DNA of 63,011 bases, filler included, from Dimargaris cristalligena (GCA_003614675.1; 3 parts of 3 records of this genome joined end to end with filler, not necessarily neighbours in it); one strand, 5' to 3'; shown: positions 35,184 to 48,838, counted from the first letter of the whole stretch. Made by a program: numbers and translations. Notes: generated by a model from the sequence alone, not told the origin.

Positions 35184-36433
35184 GGTTGATGGGAGTGTGA
35201 AGGAGAAGGGAGGAGGGGGACTGTGTAGAGGAGAAAAGGAGAAAACTAGAATGAGATGCACAAGGAGGGGGGATCCGACGGGGCAATGCACTATATGCGG
35301 AAAAGTAGCGTAGATTCGAAAGAGGAGATCCACTGGTAAATTACGACCCTGAATGAGAGAAAACGATGGAGAGAGGAATCTAGGCTTAATTTGTGGGAGG
35401 AGATTTGCAACTGGGTCGGGATGAAAAACAGTGAGCCTCACAACCAACCACTGCTTCGGTCAAGGCGATCTGAATCAGTCGCGAAAAAAACACTCCAGTA
35501 GCTCTAGATATCTGAACTTATTGAGATAATGCTGTGTTCAGCCTGGAATTGGTAGTTGGATATTCACTACAATACCACCACCGAAGCCCGCTGTAGTTTG
35601 ATATTAGATTAACCTATTGACCGTTTCGGTCCCCTTTCATGGCTGGGCTTAAAGTACTATGCACCTCAAAGTAACGGCAATTACCCAGGACAAACCACCT
35701 TCGTTAGCAATCATCGGCAGCTCACGCTAATCGGGTGACCACTATGCAAACCTGGTACTGCTCCCTACATATTTATCATATATAATCTCATGTTTGGGTA
35801 TTTTCCATGCAGAGGTTGAGGGGATATAATATTATTTTGGATATCATAGCGGAGTCGTATCAAGAGAGAAAATGAGGAAAAGATACACATGAGTCGTAAG
35901 GAGGAGAGAGGGAATAGGGGTGTGTGTTTGTGTTTAAATTGGCTAAAGTATGGTACTAATAAAATACTTAATATTCGCGGTATTCAGGATATTATAAAAT
36001 TGTTGGTAGGTCTGGCAAAAAAATACAGAGATGTCAAGATTCGTAAGGTTTTCAAGGTGAGAATCAATGAAAAGCAAATCACCCAAAAACCCTTGCCAGT
36101 GCAGAGCGTAGAGGCAAGAGATCCAGGCGAATGGGTAGGGGTATGGGGTAGGGAAGTGGTGTCAAGCAACGAGAAGGAGAAATACAAATGATATTGGGTT
36201 AATATTTCATATACAGAGATTAATATGACCGGTTAGACCAAAAAAAAAAATCGAATTAAAATCAATGTTAAACTTAATCCTGGAATCGACGGTGGGTTAG
36301 GATAAGATATATCCAAGACCACCTAGACTAGACGCAAACTGGCGAAAAGGAACTTCGAATGAATGGCGTATCATGTAGGAGGAAATGATTAAAGAGCTAT
36401 TAATCAGATACGAAGGGGTGGAGTAGTTGTCTC

Positions 36434-36940
36434 TTAGTGTACAATGGCCTGCTGACGATTATTCGTGGCGGATATCAGCCGCCGGAGATAGTCCTGGTAC
36501 ACCGGCTCGCACCACCCCCCCTGGTAACCCATCTTTAGGGTATGCAAGGTAATGGTGAGATTATAATACCGGGTGCTCTGTTCCGAAAACACGCCCTCCT
36601 CGAATTGCCGGATTTCGGACAGTAAAGCAGCCCTAATGCGGTTACTATCGTCCACCAGGGTGAGGGACGTGGCGGACCCCGAAGAAGCGGAACCGACCGG
36701 TGAGGAGGGCCGTTGCTGGGTAGCCGCCGAAGTAAGGGCGGCGGTACTAGAGTGGCGCTGGTCAGACCGCGGCAACCGTTGTCGGCAGCGCGGGTGGGGC
36801 TGGGGATGGGTCGAGCAACCCGTGGAACCTTTTACTTTGGCGTCGACGCCAATCGGACCAGCGACCACCCCGGGCGGTGGGGAGGATGTGCCGGGCGACT
36901 TGGCACTCTTCAACAATCGCTGAGCCAGTCGAATAAGCAT
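36434..36940 (-). CDS. Hypothetical protein (168 aa)
   Basis: ATG ORF, GC-rich relative to its flanks. S/P-rich middle, then an amphipathic C-terminal segment (LSEIRQFEEGVFSEQSTRYYNLTITL). TA-rich box at about 37486-37507. Confidence 0.6.
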   Translation of the reverse strand: MLIRLAQRLLKSAKSPGTSSPPPGVVAGPIGVDAKVKGSTGCSTHPQPHPRCRQRLPRSDQRHSSTAALTSAATQQRPSSPVGSASSGSATSLTLVDDSNRIRAALLSEIRQFEEGVFSEQSTRYYNLTITLHTLKMGYQGGWCEPVYQDYLRRLISATNNRQQAIVH

Positions 36941-39900
36941 AGTAATGCAATAGGAGGAGGGACACGGACTACAAGCGAATGATACCGTTCTATACGGAAG
37001 GGAGCGATAGATACCAACGTGGTGAGGGGAAAGAGGGTGTGCATGTAATGAAAGGAATAGAAGGGTGGTGTAGTTTTGTTAGATAAACCGGCGATTAGGG
37101 CGTATGGTTCCAAGGGGGGAAAATAATAAGAGCAACCCACCATAATGGAGCTGGGAAAGAATGACCATGCCAAACAGTAATGCATATGGCGGACTATATA
37201 CTGATTATAAATGGCACATAAAAATACTAGGAGGTGCGTAATGAAGTAATCGGAACACCAAAGCCGGAAGCATCGGAGCGAGTTAGACACGACTGTGAAT
37301 AGTATCGGAGAATAAAGGGTTGAAGAAGCAATGATAGGTGGAGAACCGCGAAAGCACCTCCTTCTACATGGAAGTGACGTCACATCCAACCAAATCCTTC
37401 GACCCCAGCAGAAATCCAAGACGAACGGGGCGCTATACCGCCAGTTAGGCCCGTAGGTAAAGACGACAATAAACCAACGTCCACCTATATACATACATAT
37501 ATATATAAGCAACGCCCCCAGAAGCCCAGTCTAACCTCAGGCAAACGGGGAAGGGGGTTGGATGAAAATAGGTGGCAGAAGCCACCATCTAAAAATGTTT
37601 CAAATCCTACGGATTATACCGGAAGTGAATTGTCTGGGGAAAGGAAACACGAACAGCAATTGGTATAAATACAGGGAGTGGCGTTGTCGGTTCGGACGCT
37701 GAAAAAAACTACATACCAGGGGAAAGGGGGCGGGCAGGTGACGAGATTTGGGATGAATTAGAGATAAGGGGCTTAGCGGAGTCGCAGAAGCCCAAGGAGG
37801 TGAGTACGCAATTTATAATGATAAAGAAAGAAAGAGAGAGAGTCTGAGCGCGGATTAAACCTGATACAATAAACCACAGTTGGGTATCTGAATCTCCGCC
37901 TAAACAGGAAAAATAGCAGGGAATAGACAAGTATATATATATATAGATAAATATAGACAGATATAGAATAGGACCCGCAGGTACATTGACTGTTCCTATT
38001 TGAAATCAGGTAAATTCCATCATAAACCCATTAAAGGGGAGGGGGGTAGGGATTGCTGCAGCGATAAGAGGTGAGTATGGGACAACAAATAGCCGCGACT
38101 TGCTAACAGTCCGATGGGACCACCCTTCAGTCAATAGTACAAAAGTGAAGGGATAGGGAAGGAAAAGGGGGTGAGAAGAAGAAGCGGCGGCGGTTCGAAG
38201 CCAACCTATTTAAATACTCCTGCCAACGAAGACAGTCGGATCGGCCCACAGGGTTCACCCTGTTCCACAGTAGAGAGTGACGGGCCTCTGAATCAATCTC
38301 CACAGGCCAGGGTCAACTAAAAAAGGCGCGCGCAACCACTCAACACAAAATGAACGGTTAACGGAGAAGGGAGAAGGAAGGGGATAATAGAAGTCGGGTA
38401 CCCGGCCGCCGTTCTACCGAAAGGACGGAGAGTCGACCGCGAATAAGAGAGCTGTAAATTAGGGGAGGGGAGGCTTTATGGGTTCTATTGTGTCTCCCTC
38501 CCCCTCCAATAAGTTACGGCGAAATATGAAAATCTAGAAAATGTCGCTGACCTATGAACAACCCGCGAATTGGCGGGGGGAGGAGATGAAGGGGCTGCTG
38601 AAAGACTTCGCCAGGGCGGCCCAAAGAAGTCAGCCTAACTTAAGGGGAGTTTTTTATTACATGCTCCCTCCCCCCCTATCCCCCCGACTAATGTGAATAA
38701 TATGTCACGTAACTGACCCGGAGGAAGATTCCGCATACTCTCGTCAGCTCAGCTGAAGTGAGTATAACAGGTTCCCTCAACACTATATGTTCATCAGCGC
38801 TAATAACCCCCTCCACTCACGAGAGGCAAAGCGCAAATGAATAAGTGGATGGAATCCGTGGAGGAGTGGGCAATACTATAATACCATTGGACTATGGATA
38901 TTACTGACGATGACGCCAGGGATAGGTGGGGGGGATCGTCAGCATAGCTGCCCAACCCACGTATGCCGCCAATAAATAAACTGTGCAATAGGGAGATGAG
39001 GGGGGTGGGCAATTTACCACATAGCCCCCCTATTTGACCGAGTACATTGACCAATGCTGGAGACGCGGCGCCTTTGATGAAGCAAAGCGATGGTCTCCCA
39101 CTCCTTTACCTCCAATAGAACATCACTTTGCATTGCTCTAACCAACCGGGAACAATCACTACCCTGGACAAAACTACTGATGGAAAAGATACATCGATGA
39201 AGCGTCTCGTACTACCGAAAACCTGCTTGATTGTGGGGAGATCTTGGAGGGGACAAAGAATCAGGGCTGAATGGCTAAATGTTAATATCTATGTTTCACC
39301 GGATAGGACGGGGGTGGTGGTCAGGGACTGTATTAAAAAGTGTCCAATCCCAATGAACGGATAAGGGAGTTGGCGGAGATAAATGTGCCAGATGGTAGAG
39401 GGAAGGTCAACAGCGGGTAAGAGTGGGCAATGGTGCGTAAACAATTGTAAGGCCCCACCATCCCCATCAGGAGGTAGTGGAGTATTCCTTATATATGATT
39501 TTGGTCTTGTTGACTTCAAAGTATTAGAAGACTGGCTGATTAATGAAAATGAAGGAGAAAAACCAACAGTCGAACATTCCTGGGTGACTGCGATGGTGCA
39601 CTCTTTCTGACCTTTTTTAGAAGTGCGGCAGGAGGAGAGAGAGACGAGCCAATCTAAGGCGTAATTTTAAGAGCGGTCCCCCCAGTGAACACCCAGGAGG
39701 AAAGGAACGCCGATGCACATACCGAATGGGGATATAAATCCGGATGAAGCTAGCCCCAAGTTGAGTTGCCCGTAATATCATCAATGTAATACAACGATGG
39801 TGTTCGGCCGACTAGAAAAACCTCATGCGAGGCACCCGGAGAATCAAGAAGTCACCAACGGGGCCGTTTAGGTAAATATGGTTAAAAACAATGATCAAAA

Positions 39901-41995
39901 AGCCGAATTAGCCATGTCGCCGAATATGGCCCAATGCGTAAGTTATTGTTAGGGTGGGTGATGGGCCTCGGGGGAAGATATTTAAATGCCTTCGGGTTTA
40001 GTATGGCGATCATGGCCGGCATATCCAGCAACCCCAACTGGTCCCCAGAATAAGGGTCACCGCTACCCATCTGCACCGCCCTCCCACCAATTCTCTCCAA
40101 TGTGGTCTGTAGCTACTTATTTACATCGTCATAAGTGTAATTAGTCCGCTTGGGGCAATGTCATCCTAAAATGACATGCCATAACATTCTGACCTATACA
40201 CTTACCTCTTCAGCATGCCTATAGCCTTACAATCATTTCATCTTGGAATAGGCCATGCTACCGCGCCACTCAATCTAGCCATTGCATTGGATAGTGCCCG
40301 GTTTATATCCTCCAAAGCCCACCTATTACATCGCTGTGCTGCTGAACTTGCATTGCTTCGCCAAAATGCGAACCGACTAGGCCCTCCATTACCATACTCG
40401 CCCCATTTACCCCTATTATATATACACATTAATCAAATGCACTTCGTTGGTAATCGGCGACATTTTTCTACTGCTGGAATTCAAATACTCCCCCCCTTCA
40501 ATGACGGCTCAGCCATCCAACTCCCCTTGTCTACATTCCCCTGGCAGCTGAAGGGGGCAAGTAACCTAACTTCACCACGGGTCTCTGACATGCTGCTCAA
40601 AATCATTACTTTGTATAAACACGTACATAAAGGTATGTCCAGCTACGCGCCACCATTAGCTATTTAACCATAAACAGACGTGCCGGCCGTGGGACTTGCA
40701 CCATCAATTCACTCGAAATGGGGGGAGAATGGAATAACCCGCGGAGGGTAAAAGTTCAGCAGTAGGAATGATGGGAAAATTGGAGAAGTAAGTTTTGAAG
40801 TGTAATATTTTTGGGTCGTGAATAAATTATGATGCAAATAAACCGAAAAGACTCGACTAGTCTTGAAAACGTGGGATCACTCGGTCGGTAGCAGCTAGTA
40901 ATATGTGGTTTACAGTACAACAGGAGGTGTTTGGATTACCGAAAAAATAGCAGGGGAGCAATTTTGGCCATCGATTGAATAAGCCGATACGGTGACAAAG
41001 TTGAAGCAATCTAAAAAGGGGATATAGACACATACGAGGGGGATAGTTCAGCCGGCCAGGTCACGGAATTGGCGAATATCTGATGTTCCCCAACGTTCCC
41101 TACAATATGCCGGATTACACTTTACGGAGCCGAGGATTGCCGCCGGGCGGGGTCGCTGCTAATGAACTTAGGCGGGTAAAGTGCCGAAATAACATCGGAC
41201 TGTTAGTATATTGTCCGTCCATTTCTAATCCCTCTCTACCCCTGTTACCGAACCCTACACACACCATTGTCCGAGTGAATGGGAGTGAATATGAGTGGAC
41301 GAATGTGGGTAGTCATGAAGATTACCTATATATTGTTTTCCATTTTTTGGTTTTGTTTGACGGGTGCAGTCCGAAGGGACGGGGCTGCATAAATTGCCAT
41401 TCGTGAGATCACCGGGCGGGTTGGCCAACGGATGGCGCCGTCCTACTATACTGAATTGCCTATTTTACTGTACCCCCTTACTCCTTTACACTACCTGGGC
41501 TCTACTAGAGAATCCCTTAGGTTTCTAGTCTAGTTTAGAATAATTCTGGAAATGGCTGGTCAATCCCGGGCCATTTTCCCAGGATATCCACTGCTGGACT
41601 AGTATCCAATTGTGTGAGTGGCACCAAATGTATCGGTGTAATTAATCAACAAACCAACCATACATACATTTTAAACGGGATACCCCGCCCTTTCGTATTG
41701 AGTATCCCTTTGAATACAAGGTATACGGAAACGTCTGATGTATAACCTCGTATATATATATATATATATATATACAAATGTGTGTGAAGTCTCCTAATTC
41801 AGTGTCAACCCCGGTACTGTTCATTGGGTGGGGCCTTGGAATCAAGTCCAGTCCAGCGTATCCCAAGGCCGTGCGGTAATGAGTGAAAAGGGGAAGAAAG
41901 ACATGCCGGACCTCCCGTGAATCCCTCAGCAATCGGGGGGGGGGGGGGGGGGGGTTGATGAGTGGCGAGGGAGATGAGTGCGGGGAATTAAAATC

Positions 41996-42095
41996 NNNNN
42001 NNNNNNNNNNNNNNNNNNNNNNNNNNNNNNNNNNNNNNNTTAATTAATTAANNNNNNNNNNNNNNNNNNNNNNNNNNNNNNNNNNNNNNNNNNNN
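41996..42095. other. Assembly gap / artificial six-frame-stop spacer
   Basis: N run with TTAATTAATTAA at 42040-42051, shortly after a long poly-G run. Confidence 0.97.
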
Positions 42096-42758
42096 AGTCT
42101 ATTATTTTCATATTGCTCTATTTCTTTTTAGTAAATAAATTTGTAAAAAAAACCACAATGTCTTTCTCACCGCAAAGCGCTTCTACAACCCCACCATTGG
42201 CTCCACTACAATCTGCCAATAACGAGATCCCTGATAGTGGTTCGAACCTCCCGCCGATTTTCCCGGCTTTTTCCCCCCCATGACGTAATCCCCGACCTAA
42301 CCGGTCCACCGGGTCTCGGCATTACACTCCTGGTACTATTTTTTGGTGTATTCCTATTGTTATCCCCCGTACCAGTTGAGTAGTGGAAATTGATTTAGGG
42401 TACCTCTGGTACTATACCCAATAGAGACCCGCCCATATAAACTCTTAGCAGGCTAAGGGTGGTTAGTTATTCCGCCAAATTTACTGTTAAAATGGAGGAG
42501 AATAATCTCTCTAGAGCCGAATTACAAGAACAACTTACCATATCTAAGGAGATAAAGTTAGGTGTATTGACTTTATACTATCAGTTTGTTGGATGGGATG
42601 TTGGAAATGTACATATTTATTTATGTTTATAATAAAAAGTACTTAATGGCTGATGAATGACGATGTTCAAGGGCCTATATATATAACCCACGACTGATTC
42701 TATAATTAGCAATGTATGCTAGTGAAAAAATATATATAGTGCGGATGAGGCCAATAAA

Positions 42759-44345
42759 CTACCCGAATTCCCCACCGGATCTCTCTGGAAGATGGTAAAA
42801 ATACGTTTCTCGAGAATGTATCCTCACCCCATCATTCACTATACGGTCCATAGAGCGTATATCCCGGAGATTAGGGAGCTGGGCCTTAAGCTTAATGATG
42901 TTAAGCCAGCAATTCTGCATTTTAAAATAGACCGAAGTGATCGTTTCGCTGTAGAAGGTCTGACCAAAAAACTGGATAAGCTCTTTCCCGCTGAAAAACG
43001 TAAGGGCCAGACTTCTTAGACTCTGGGATTGAGTTATAATGAGGGGTAACACAGTCAACATCCGGAAGCAAGTCACCAGTGTCAGATGGCGGAGGTTGTG
43101 CAGATTCTGCGTGATTAAGGAACCCGTCCTAGACGACAAGGGCCAGTTGTAGAGCAGGAGTTTCGCTAGACGAGGCCAACTCTGGCCCACGAAATGGTTT
43201 AGATATTCTTCAACGTGTTGACCATCAAAGGCAGGGTTCGTGAGTCGGCCTAAGGAAATGTTCTTCAAATGGGGGTAATCTGTTGGGTTGATCCTGGTGA
43301 CGGCATGGAGGCTTGGCTCGTTGTTAAAGCACAATAGCGCTAGCACCACCAGATTACCGAACAGCGGTTGGTCCGGAACAATCAAGAGACTAATATTCGA
43401 ACCGAAATATGGGATAGTCAAACTCTGTAAATGAGGAAAGCGGCGGGCTATCTCATGGGCAAAATCATCTGGGGGGTTAGTTATGGATAGGGTCAGGCTG
43501 GTGATGCCCGTAAACGGCCCAATGACATCCCAAAGACCATGCGGACTACCCGGGTATCTATGTAGTATGAGACGCAAGCAGCGAACCTGGCCCAAAAAGG
43601 CCCTAACCGAGTCCGTATACGTCTGTTGTGCGATATTGGGCACCGTATACCCGGGTTGCGTACCAAAACAGCTAATGGCAACCGACCAGGGGACCTGCGG
43701 CAAAAGGGCCATGGTCACCGCCAGGGCCGGCCATTCCATGAGGGAAGTCATGGAAAATCCAATCATGTCCAACCGAGCTCCCCAATGACGGCAAAAGAGG
43801 TTCCACTGGGCCTTGGGCTTGCTGATAGTGGCCTCATCGAACCAATTGACCTTTAACTTCCGGATGGTATTGCTGCCGGTGTATACCAAGTGGTTGTGCC
43901 CCCGTTGCCGCTGGTCAAAAATATTCACGATATTCATATCCAGTCGGAGCACTGGCTCCACCAGTATCCGCAGAGAGCGGCAGGTGGCGGCCAAGCTAAG
44001 CTGGTCGCGGTTAAATAGTTGGTCGATGATGGTGCGACCATACTCGGGCCGACTGGGGTCAAAGAACCAGAGGAGCAGGCGCAGGCCGGGTAAATCGACG
44101 GGGTGGCGAGTCCGTTCTGTTTCGGCGGGAGTGGGATAAGACGCCGGTAAGTTATCTAGGATTGCCATTCGCTCGAATAGGGCCACGTGTTCCGCCTTAA
44201 GAGCCTCGTTGGTCTCCTGTAGCACCTCGTAGTCAGCCTGGAGTAGGTTGATGCGTCGATTGACCTCATCCAAAGTCAGCGGCCGAGGTGACGAAGCACC
44301 CACTCGAGCTCTATTGGGACCGCGGCGAACGGGAGTAAGTGACAT
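42759..44345 (-). CDS. F-box-like / LRR (RNI-like) protein with N-terminal coiled coil
   Basis: 528-aa intronless ORF. IIDQLFNRDQLSLAATCRSLR is F-box-like. Repeated LxxLxL units (FPHLQSLTI, YPHLKNISL, LHNLRHLTL, LPNLRDI). Confidence 0.8.
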   Translation of the reverse strand: MSLTPVRRGPNRARVGASSPRPLTLDEVNRRINLLQADYEVLQETNEALKAEHVALFERMAILDNLPASYPTPAETERTRHPVDLPGLRLLLWFFDPSRPEYGRTIIDQLFNRDQLSLAATCRSLRILVEPVLRLDMNIVNIFDQRQRGHNHLVYTGSNTIRKLKVNWFDEATISKPKAQWNLFCRHWGARLDMIGFSMTSLMEWPALAVTMALLPQVPWSVAISCFGTQPGYTVPNIAQQTYTDSVRAFLGQVRCLRLILHRYPGSPHGLWDVIGPFTGITSLTLSITNPPDDFAHEIARRFPHLQSLTIPYFGSNISLLIVPDQPLFGNLVVLALLCFNNEPSLHAVTRINPTDYPHLKNISLGRLTNPAFDGQHVEEYLNHFVGQSWPRLAKLLLYNWPLSSRTGSLITQNLHNLRHLTLVTCFRMLTVLPLIITQSQSLRSLALTFFSGKELIQFFGQTFYSETITSVYFKMQNCWLNIIKLKAQLPNLRDIRSMDRIVNDGVRIHSRETYFYHLPERSGGEFG

Positions 44346-45249
44346 CGCATAATGTTGTGGCTACGGCGACAGGGCGAGTAAATTGACCGGGCACAGGGTA
44401 AAAACAAAAAGAAGACCAATAGGACTTCCCGGATGAAAGTGGATATGAGATTTCAACCAGGCAAACAATAAAAAAGTATTATTCGAATCAAGAGTGTAAA
44501 AGCCTACAAGGGATATATAATGTTTTTTGGCTGGGTCCCGGCGCCTTTTAAACCAAAGTATGCTGGATTGCTGGCCGTTTGCCGGACCTTAAATTGTTAG
44601 GATAAACATACTGCGAATCTTCCAATAGGATATATGAATGGATGCAGCTGGGAACAACAGAAAAAATCATGGCGGGAACGGCCATTTGACTTTATTGGTG
44701 AGGTATACATGGCAACCGGCTAGGGGAGACCCTCCCTGATTACAACTGGAAGACTTATTTACATCTACCTTGGGCCATTAAACGGGTAGGGATTGGCAAA
44801 GGGAGTGTGAAAGGGGGGGAGGGTAGCTTTGAAGAAGGCCCGTATTCCGGCCCATGAAATAGTAAATCATTTTCAAAGGCATCCTTCCCATTAATCACAG
44901 AAGAGACGCTGGTCACATTTTCACCAATATATTATCCTAGCGCATTACATTGAATGTTGCTACCCTCGTTTACAGGTAAGCAATATACGTGCGTGTTAGC
45001 AAGGCGCGAATTAAGCATTAAATCCTTGCCTCTCGTCCCAGCGCCATAGGCACTCATGTGAACCTTCTAATTTAGTACCTCAACTTTATTCACACATTCG
45101 CTTGTCCAGTCTACAATTCAATAATTTCCACGGCATATTTAGGTAGATACTACCAACCCTCTAGTTAAAACTAAAACATTTTAATGTACCGCTGAGAACT
45201 TCCCAGCGAAAGTGGCTGCTAATAGTTCACCGGCATCGGATCCGTGACT

Positions 45250-46668
45250 TTACACACTGGGAAGGAAAATGTGTGGATATTTTTTTTGGAATTCTTGCCG
45301 GTCCCAAATGAACTGAAACGATGTTTGCAGTATCTTGAGATTGGGGAAATGCCCGACCAGGGATTTGGCTTCTTCCAAGTTAATTCTCCCCTGCAGTCGC
45401 AAATCGACGACGGAGAGGTTAACAAATGAATTCATCAGAAAACGGGAACATGCCTGCGGACAGCTGAAGCTGAGGTTGAGCTTCGAAAGTCGACAGCACG
45501 ATCTAATCATCGAAGGAATCCCCCTGACCGTAAAGTCGCACTCGTGGATGGCCAAGTGCTGCAGATTCGGCATGCATACTGGAATATTCTGGACCAGTTC
45601 ATTCAGAATGGGGCATCCCCGTAAGGTGAGCGACGTAATAGTGTTCCAGGGTTGACCTAGGAGCCTCGCCAACGCATTGGCGCCCACCGTGTCCCTGGAT
45701 GAGGATATGGATTTTTGCTCCATGTCTAATTTGAGATGCGTCAATTGGGGGAAAAAGCAAGGCTTCAGAGCGCGGAAAGTGGGCCTGATGGCATGGTCAT
45801 TCAAAAACTCCAGGCTTAGAGTTTTCAGTGCCTCGAAGCGACGCTCTACAAAAGCCTGGGTGGTATTTTTATCCCACTCTATGATACAGAGTCTCAGACG
45901 AATTAGTTTCGGCAGATATTTCAATAACTCCGTGAGAAAGTGGTCATCCATTATGACCTCCAAGAGCCCCAGTTTCCTGAGGGTCTCAAGTGGAGTGAGC
46001 ATGTTTATATACTCTTTAAATCGAGGGTCACAACCGTAGCTATATAGTACAAAAGTATGCACTCCTCTTAATAGGCCCCAAGCCGCGGGGGTTTTTGAAC
46101 AGTGGGGTATATCTCCGAAGGCTATCCCATTGCCGAGGAAAATATCCGTCAGGCAAACCGAAATCTTCTGGGGAGGGTAGCGGAGTCTGGCGGCTAAGTC
46201 GATGATCCTGGACCAATCAGCTAAATCGTCTATGCTGAACTTCAGTGAATTCAGTTCACCTGTCCACTCTTTGCAGAACTGTTCGAACTGGTCGAGCCGT
46301 GTGGCATCGGAGTGTTGTTCGGTAATATCTACATACACCGACCGAATGGCGTCACTACCAGTGGATTTGATCGAAGGTATGGGCGGAATCGTCTCACTAA
46401 ATATCTCGCAGAGGTGTACATCGAGTCGGTAGGCCTTTATAACATGCGGTCGGAGCGACTTGTTAGTGGCCGCCAGGCGGAGTTGATCTCGGCAGGACAA
46501 GTACTCCATGACTTGCCGACCGTATTGGGCATGATCTTCAGCGAATAACCAAGTAAGAAGGGCCATTCCCGGTGAATTACTGGAGGGAGGGCTGGCCTGG
46601 TTGTAAGTGTTAGAAGCCTGCATCCGGGTTCCTTGGGTAGCCCGCGTGCGGTTTAATTTTTGAAACAT
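45250..46668 (-). CDS. F-box-like / LRR (RNI-like) protein, tandem paralogue of 42759-44345
   Basis: First ATG at 46668 (MFQKLNR). VMEYLSCRDQLRLAATNKSLR, then LPKLIRLRL, FPQLTHLKL, MPNLQHLAI, FPNLKIL. Confidence 0.8.
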   Translation of the reverse strand: MFQKLNRTRATQGTRMQASNTYNQASPPSSNSPGMALLTWLFAEDHAQYGRQVMEYLSCRDQLRLAATNKSLRPHVIKAYRLDVHLCEIFSETIPPIPSIKSTGSDAIRSVYVDITEQHSDATRLDQFEQFCKEWTGELNSLKFSIDDLADWSRIIDLAARLRYPPQKISVCLTDIFLGNGIAFGDIPHCSKTPAAWGLLRGVHTFVLYSYGCDPRFKEYINMLTPLETLRKLGLLEVIMDDHFLTELLKYLPKLIRLRLCIIEWDKNTTQAFVERRFEALKTLSLEFLNDHAIRPTFRALKPCFFPQLTHLKLDMEQKSISSSRDTVGANALARLLGQPWNTITSLTLRGCPILNELVQNIPVCMPNLQHLAIHECDFTVRGIPSMIRSCCRLSKLNLSFSCPQACSRFLMNSFVNLSVVDLRLQGRINLEEAKSLVGHFPNLKILQTSFQFIWDRQEFQKKYPHIFLPSV

Positions 46669-48838
46669 TTTGAAGGGAGGTGCGTTGATAGAGCGGTAAA
46701 ATCGAGTAAGCCGGCCGACAGGTAACCTTAAACTGATGACAATAATAAAAGAGCTGAGTGCAAACAAGTAAGTGGTTTTGACAATAGGGCAGACGCTTTG
46801 CAGAACAAATCTTTGAAGATATGAAGTAGAGGATATGAAGTAAAATGTCCCGTTTATAAGCAAATCGGTTTTTGGTCTGGACGAAGTTGGGGTGTACCAA
46901 ATACTATGACACGGTTTCCGGAAAAACATACCTCTCTCCTGTCCCATTCACCTTTCAAGTTGAATTGGTTTCTATCAATTCGCATAAAATTTGCACTTGG
47001 GAATTCATTCTTATTTTGAATGCTCATTTTATAATTAGATAGGTAACAAAGCACAGAGTCTATGAATAAAAACTATCGGAGTTTCCTAATTGCCTTTCAA
47101 TGTCTACATTACATTCAGTCTAATAAGTAGGTTGGAAGGCATGGTCAATTTATGAAGTTAAGGTAATAATCGTTTATAGCCTCGAGCCTATCTCCTAATA
47201 TATTGAATATTGGAAGGCCCATACGCTGATTATGGATATAAACCATGCCATCGTTTACCGAACAGCCGCATTAAAGCCACGCGTTTACTTCTGTCCTTTG
47301 AATCTGTCCGCCACCTAACCCCTACAACTACCGATAACTTAATACATAATGGCGCATCTCAAACTTATCGGAGTGTTCCCCTTCAGCGGATGCATGTTTT
47401 ATATTTGTGAGCACTATCGATACCTCCCAGTCGGGTCAGTTGGTTTTTGGGAAAATCACTTTATGTTAAATGCGGCGTAAGCAGACAAACCCCTTCGCTA
47501 ACTCCAAATGTATCGTCGAGTTTATCTTTAACATCCACAAGATTGATTTGTCTAATCCCAGTAAACGCTGTATAGACCCGAGGTTCGGGACAGTGCTAGT
47601 AAAGGAAGATAAGGTCGACTCATCAATAGGATTGAGACAGGGATAGGAGATACATATGCCAAGTCAACTAGTTCACTTTAAGCTAGGTAATGCATTAAAG
47701 CTATGCCTATATTTTGTAATCAGTCTAGGACTACAAATGGGAGGGAAAGTGTGCCCCTCATTCAACGCCTAACTCACGCAATACTAGATTTGGGGCAATC
47801 GCCAAATATGCTATAGTTCAATGGACCTTCACCTGGCCAAGCCTCGTGGCTCGATGGGCTATTTTTCGCCGATACTGCATTATCTTCGGCATTTATCTCC
47901 TCTAAAAGGGGTGGTGATATGGGTCGTGGCTAACTGTATTGAAGCTAGTAGCCACCAGACTACATTCTTTCTCAAGTACGTCGGACATATAATATTGGAG
48001 CTATATAATTTAATACCAGATTCGCCTATATCTTTTTTTAGGAGGAGGTGCCAAGGCAACGAATGCCCGCCTAAATAAATAGTTAGGAGATTAGCTACCG
48101 AGTTTGGTTGCAATGCCAGTTTCAAAATAATGACAGTATAACATGGTGCTTTGTGAATAAGGGATTGGCCCATAGGCCCTTAAATTCTTACCCGCTTACG
48201 GGAAGCGACAGATTCAATTTGTACATGTAGGTATTTATATAAAATCTCGGAGTAAGTAGCAATGCTAATGAAGCCTTGCACTTATTACCTTTTAATTTAT
48301 CCACAAAGCACAAGTTGGGGAAAGGGGCCAAAATTCAATTCAACATGGCCTTTTATATATATATATATAATTCATTGAACTTTTCCTACAGCTCGGATTT
48401 ATGTCAATATATACCTTAGGCAATGGGGCAGTATCTACTGGTCATGAAAGCTGTCTACACATGGACATATTATCACTAGGATGTATCGTTCGGGGCTAGA
48501 TAGGGGGGGTAGTACGGAATAATAAAAGCCTACCTCGAAATGTATAACCATACGTATTTATAGATTGGTAGTGGTAAGGATGAAAGATGGTAGAGTGGTA
48601 TATACTGGCTCAAACAATAACTGCAGTTTGATGGTTGGATTAGGCAAAATATCAGGCAGGAAGTAATACCACTACGAGATGGACGGAAATGACGCAAAAT
48701 ATTTAAATGGATGGGCGGGGCTTGGAATATTCCATAGAAGACGGATTAAAAGAATCGGTTGAAAATAATATTATAATCGACGGGGGTATTGACAGGGGCA
48801 CGGAATGGCGGCAGCCACTTGGCATTCGAGTAGGTTGA

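Noticed and set aside
36910..37512. 200-aa hydrophobic ORF (also 57130-57726, 1225-1443, 62235-62447)
   Set aside because: Non-ATG starts and F/L/I/C/Y-rich translations typical of pyrimidine-rich UTR or LTR sequence; no motifs.
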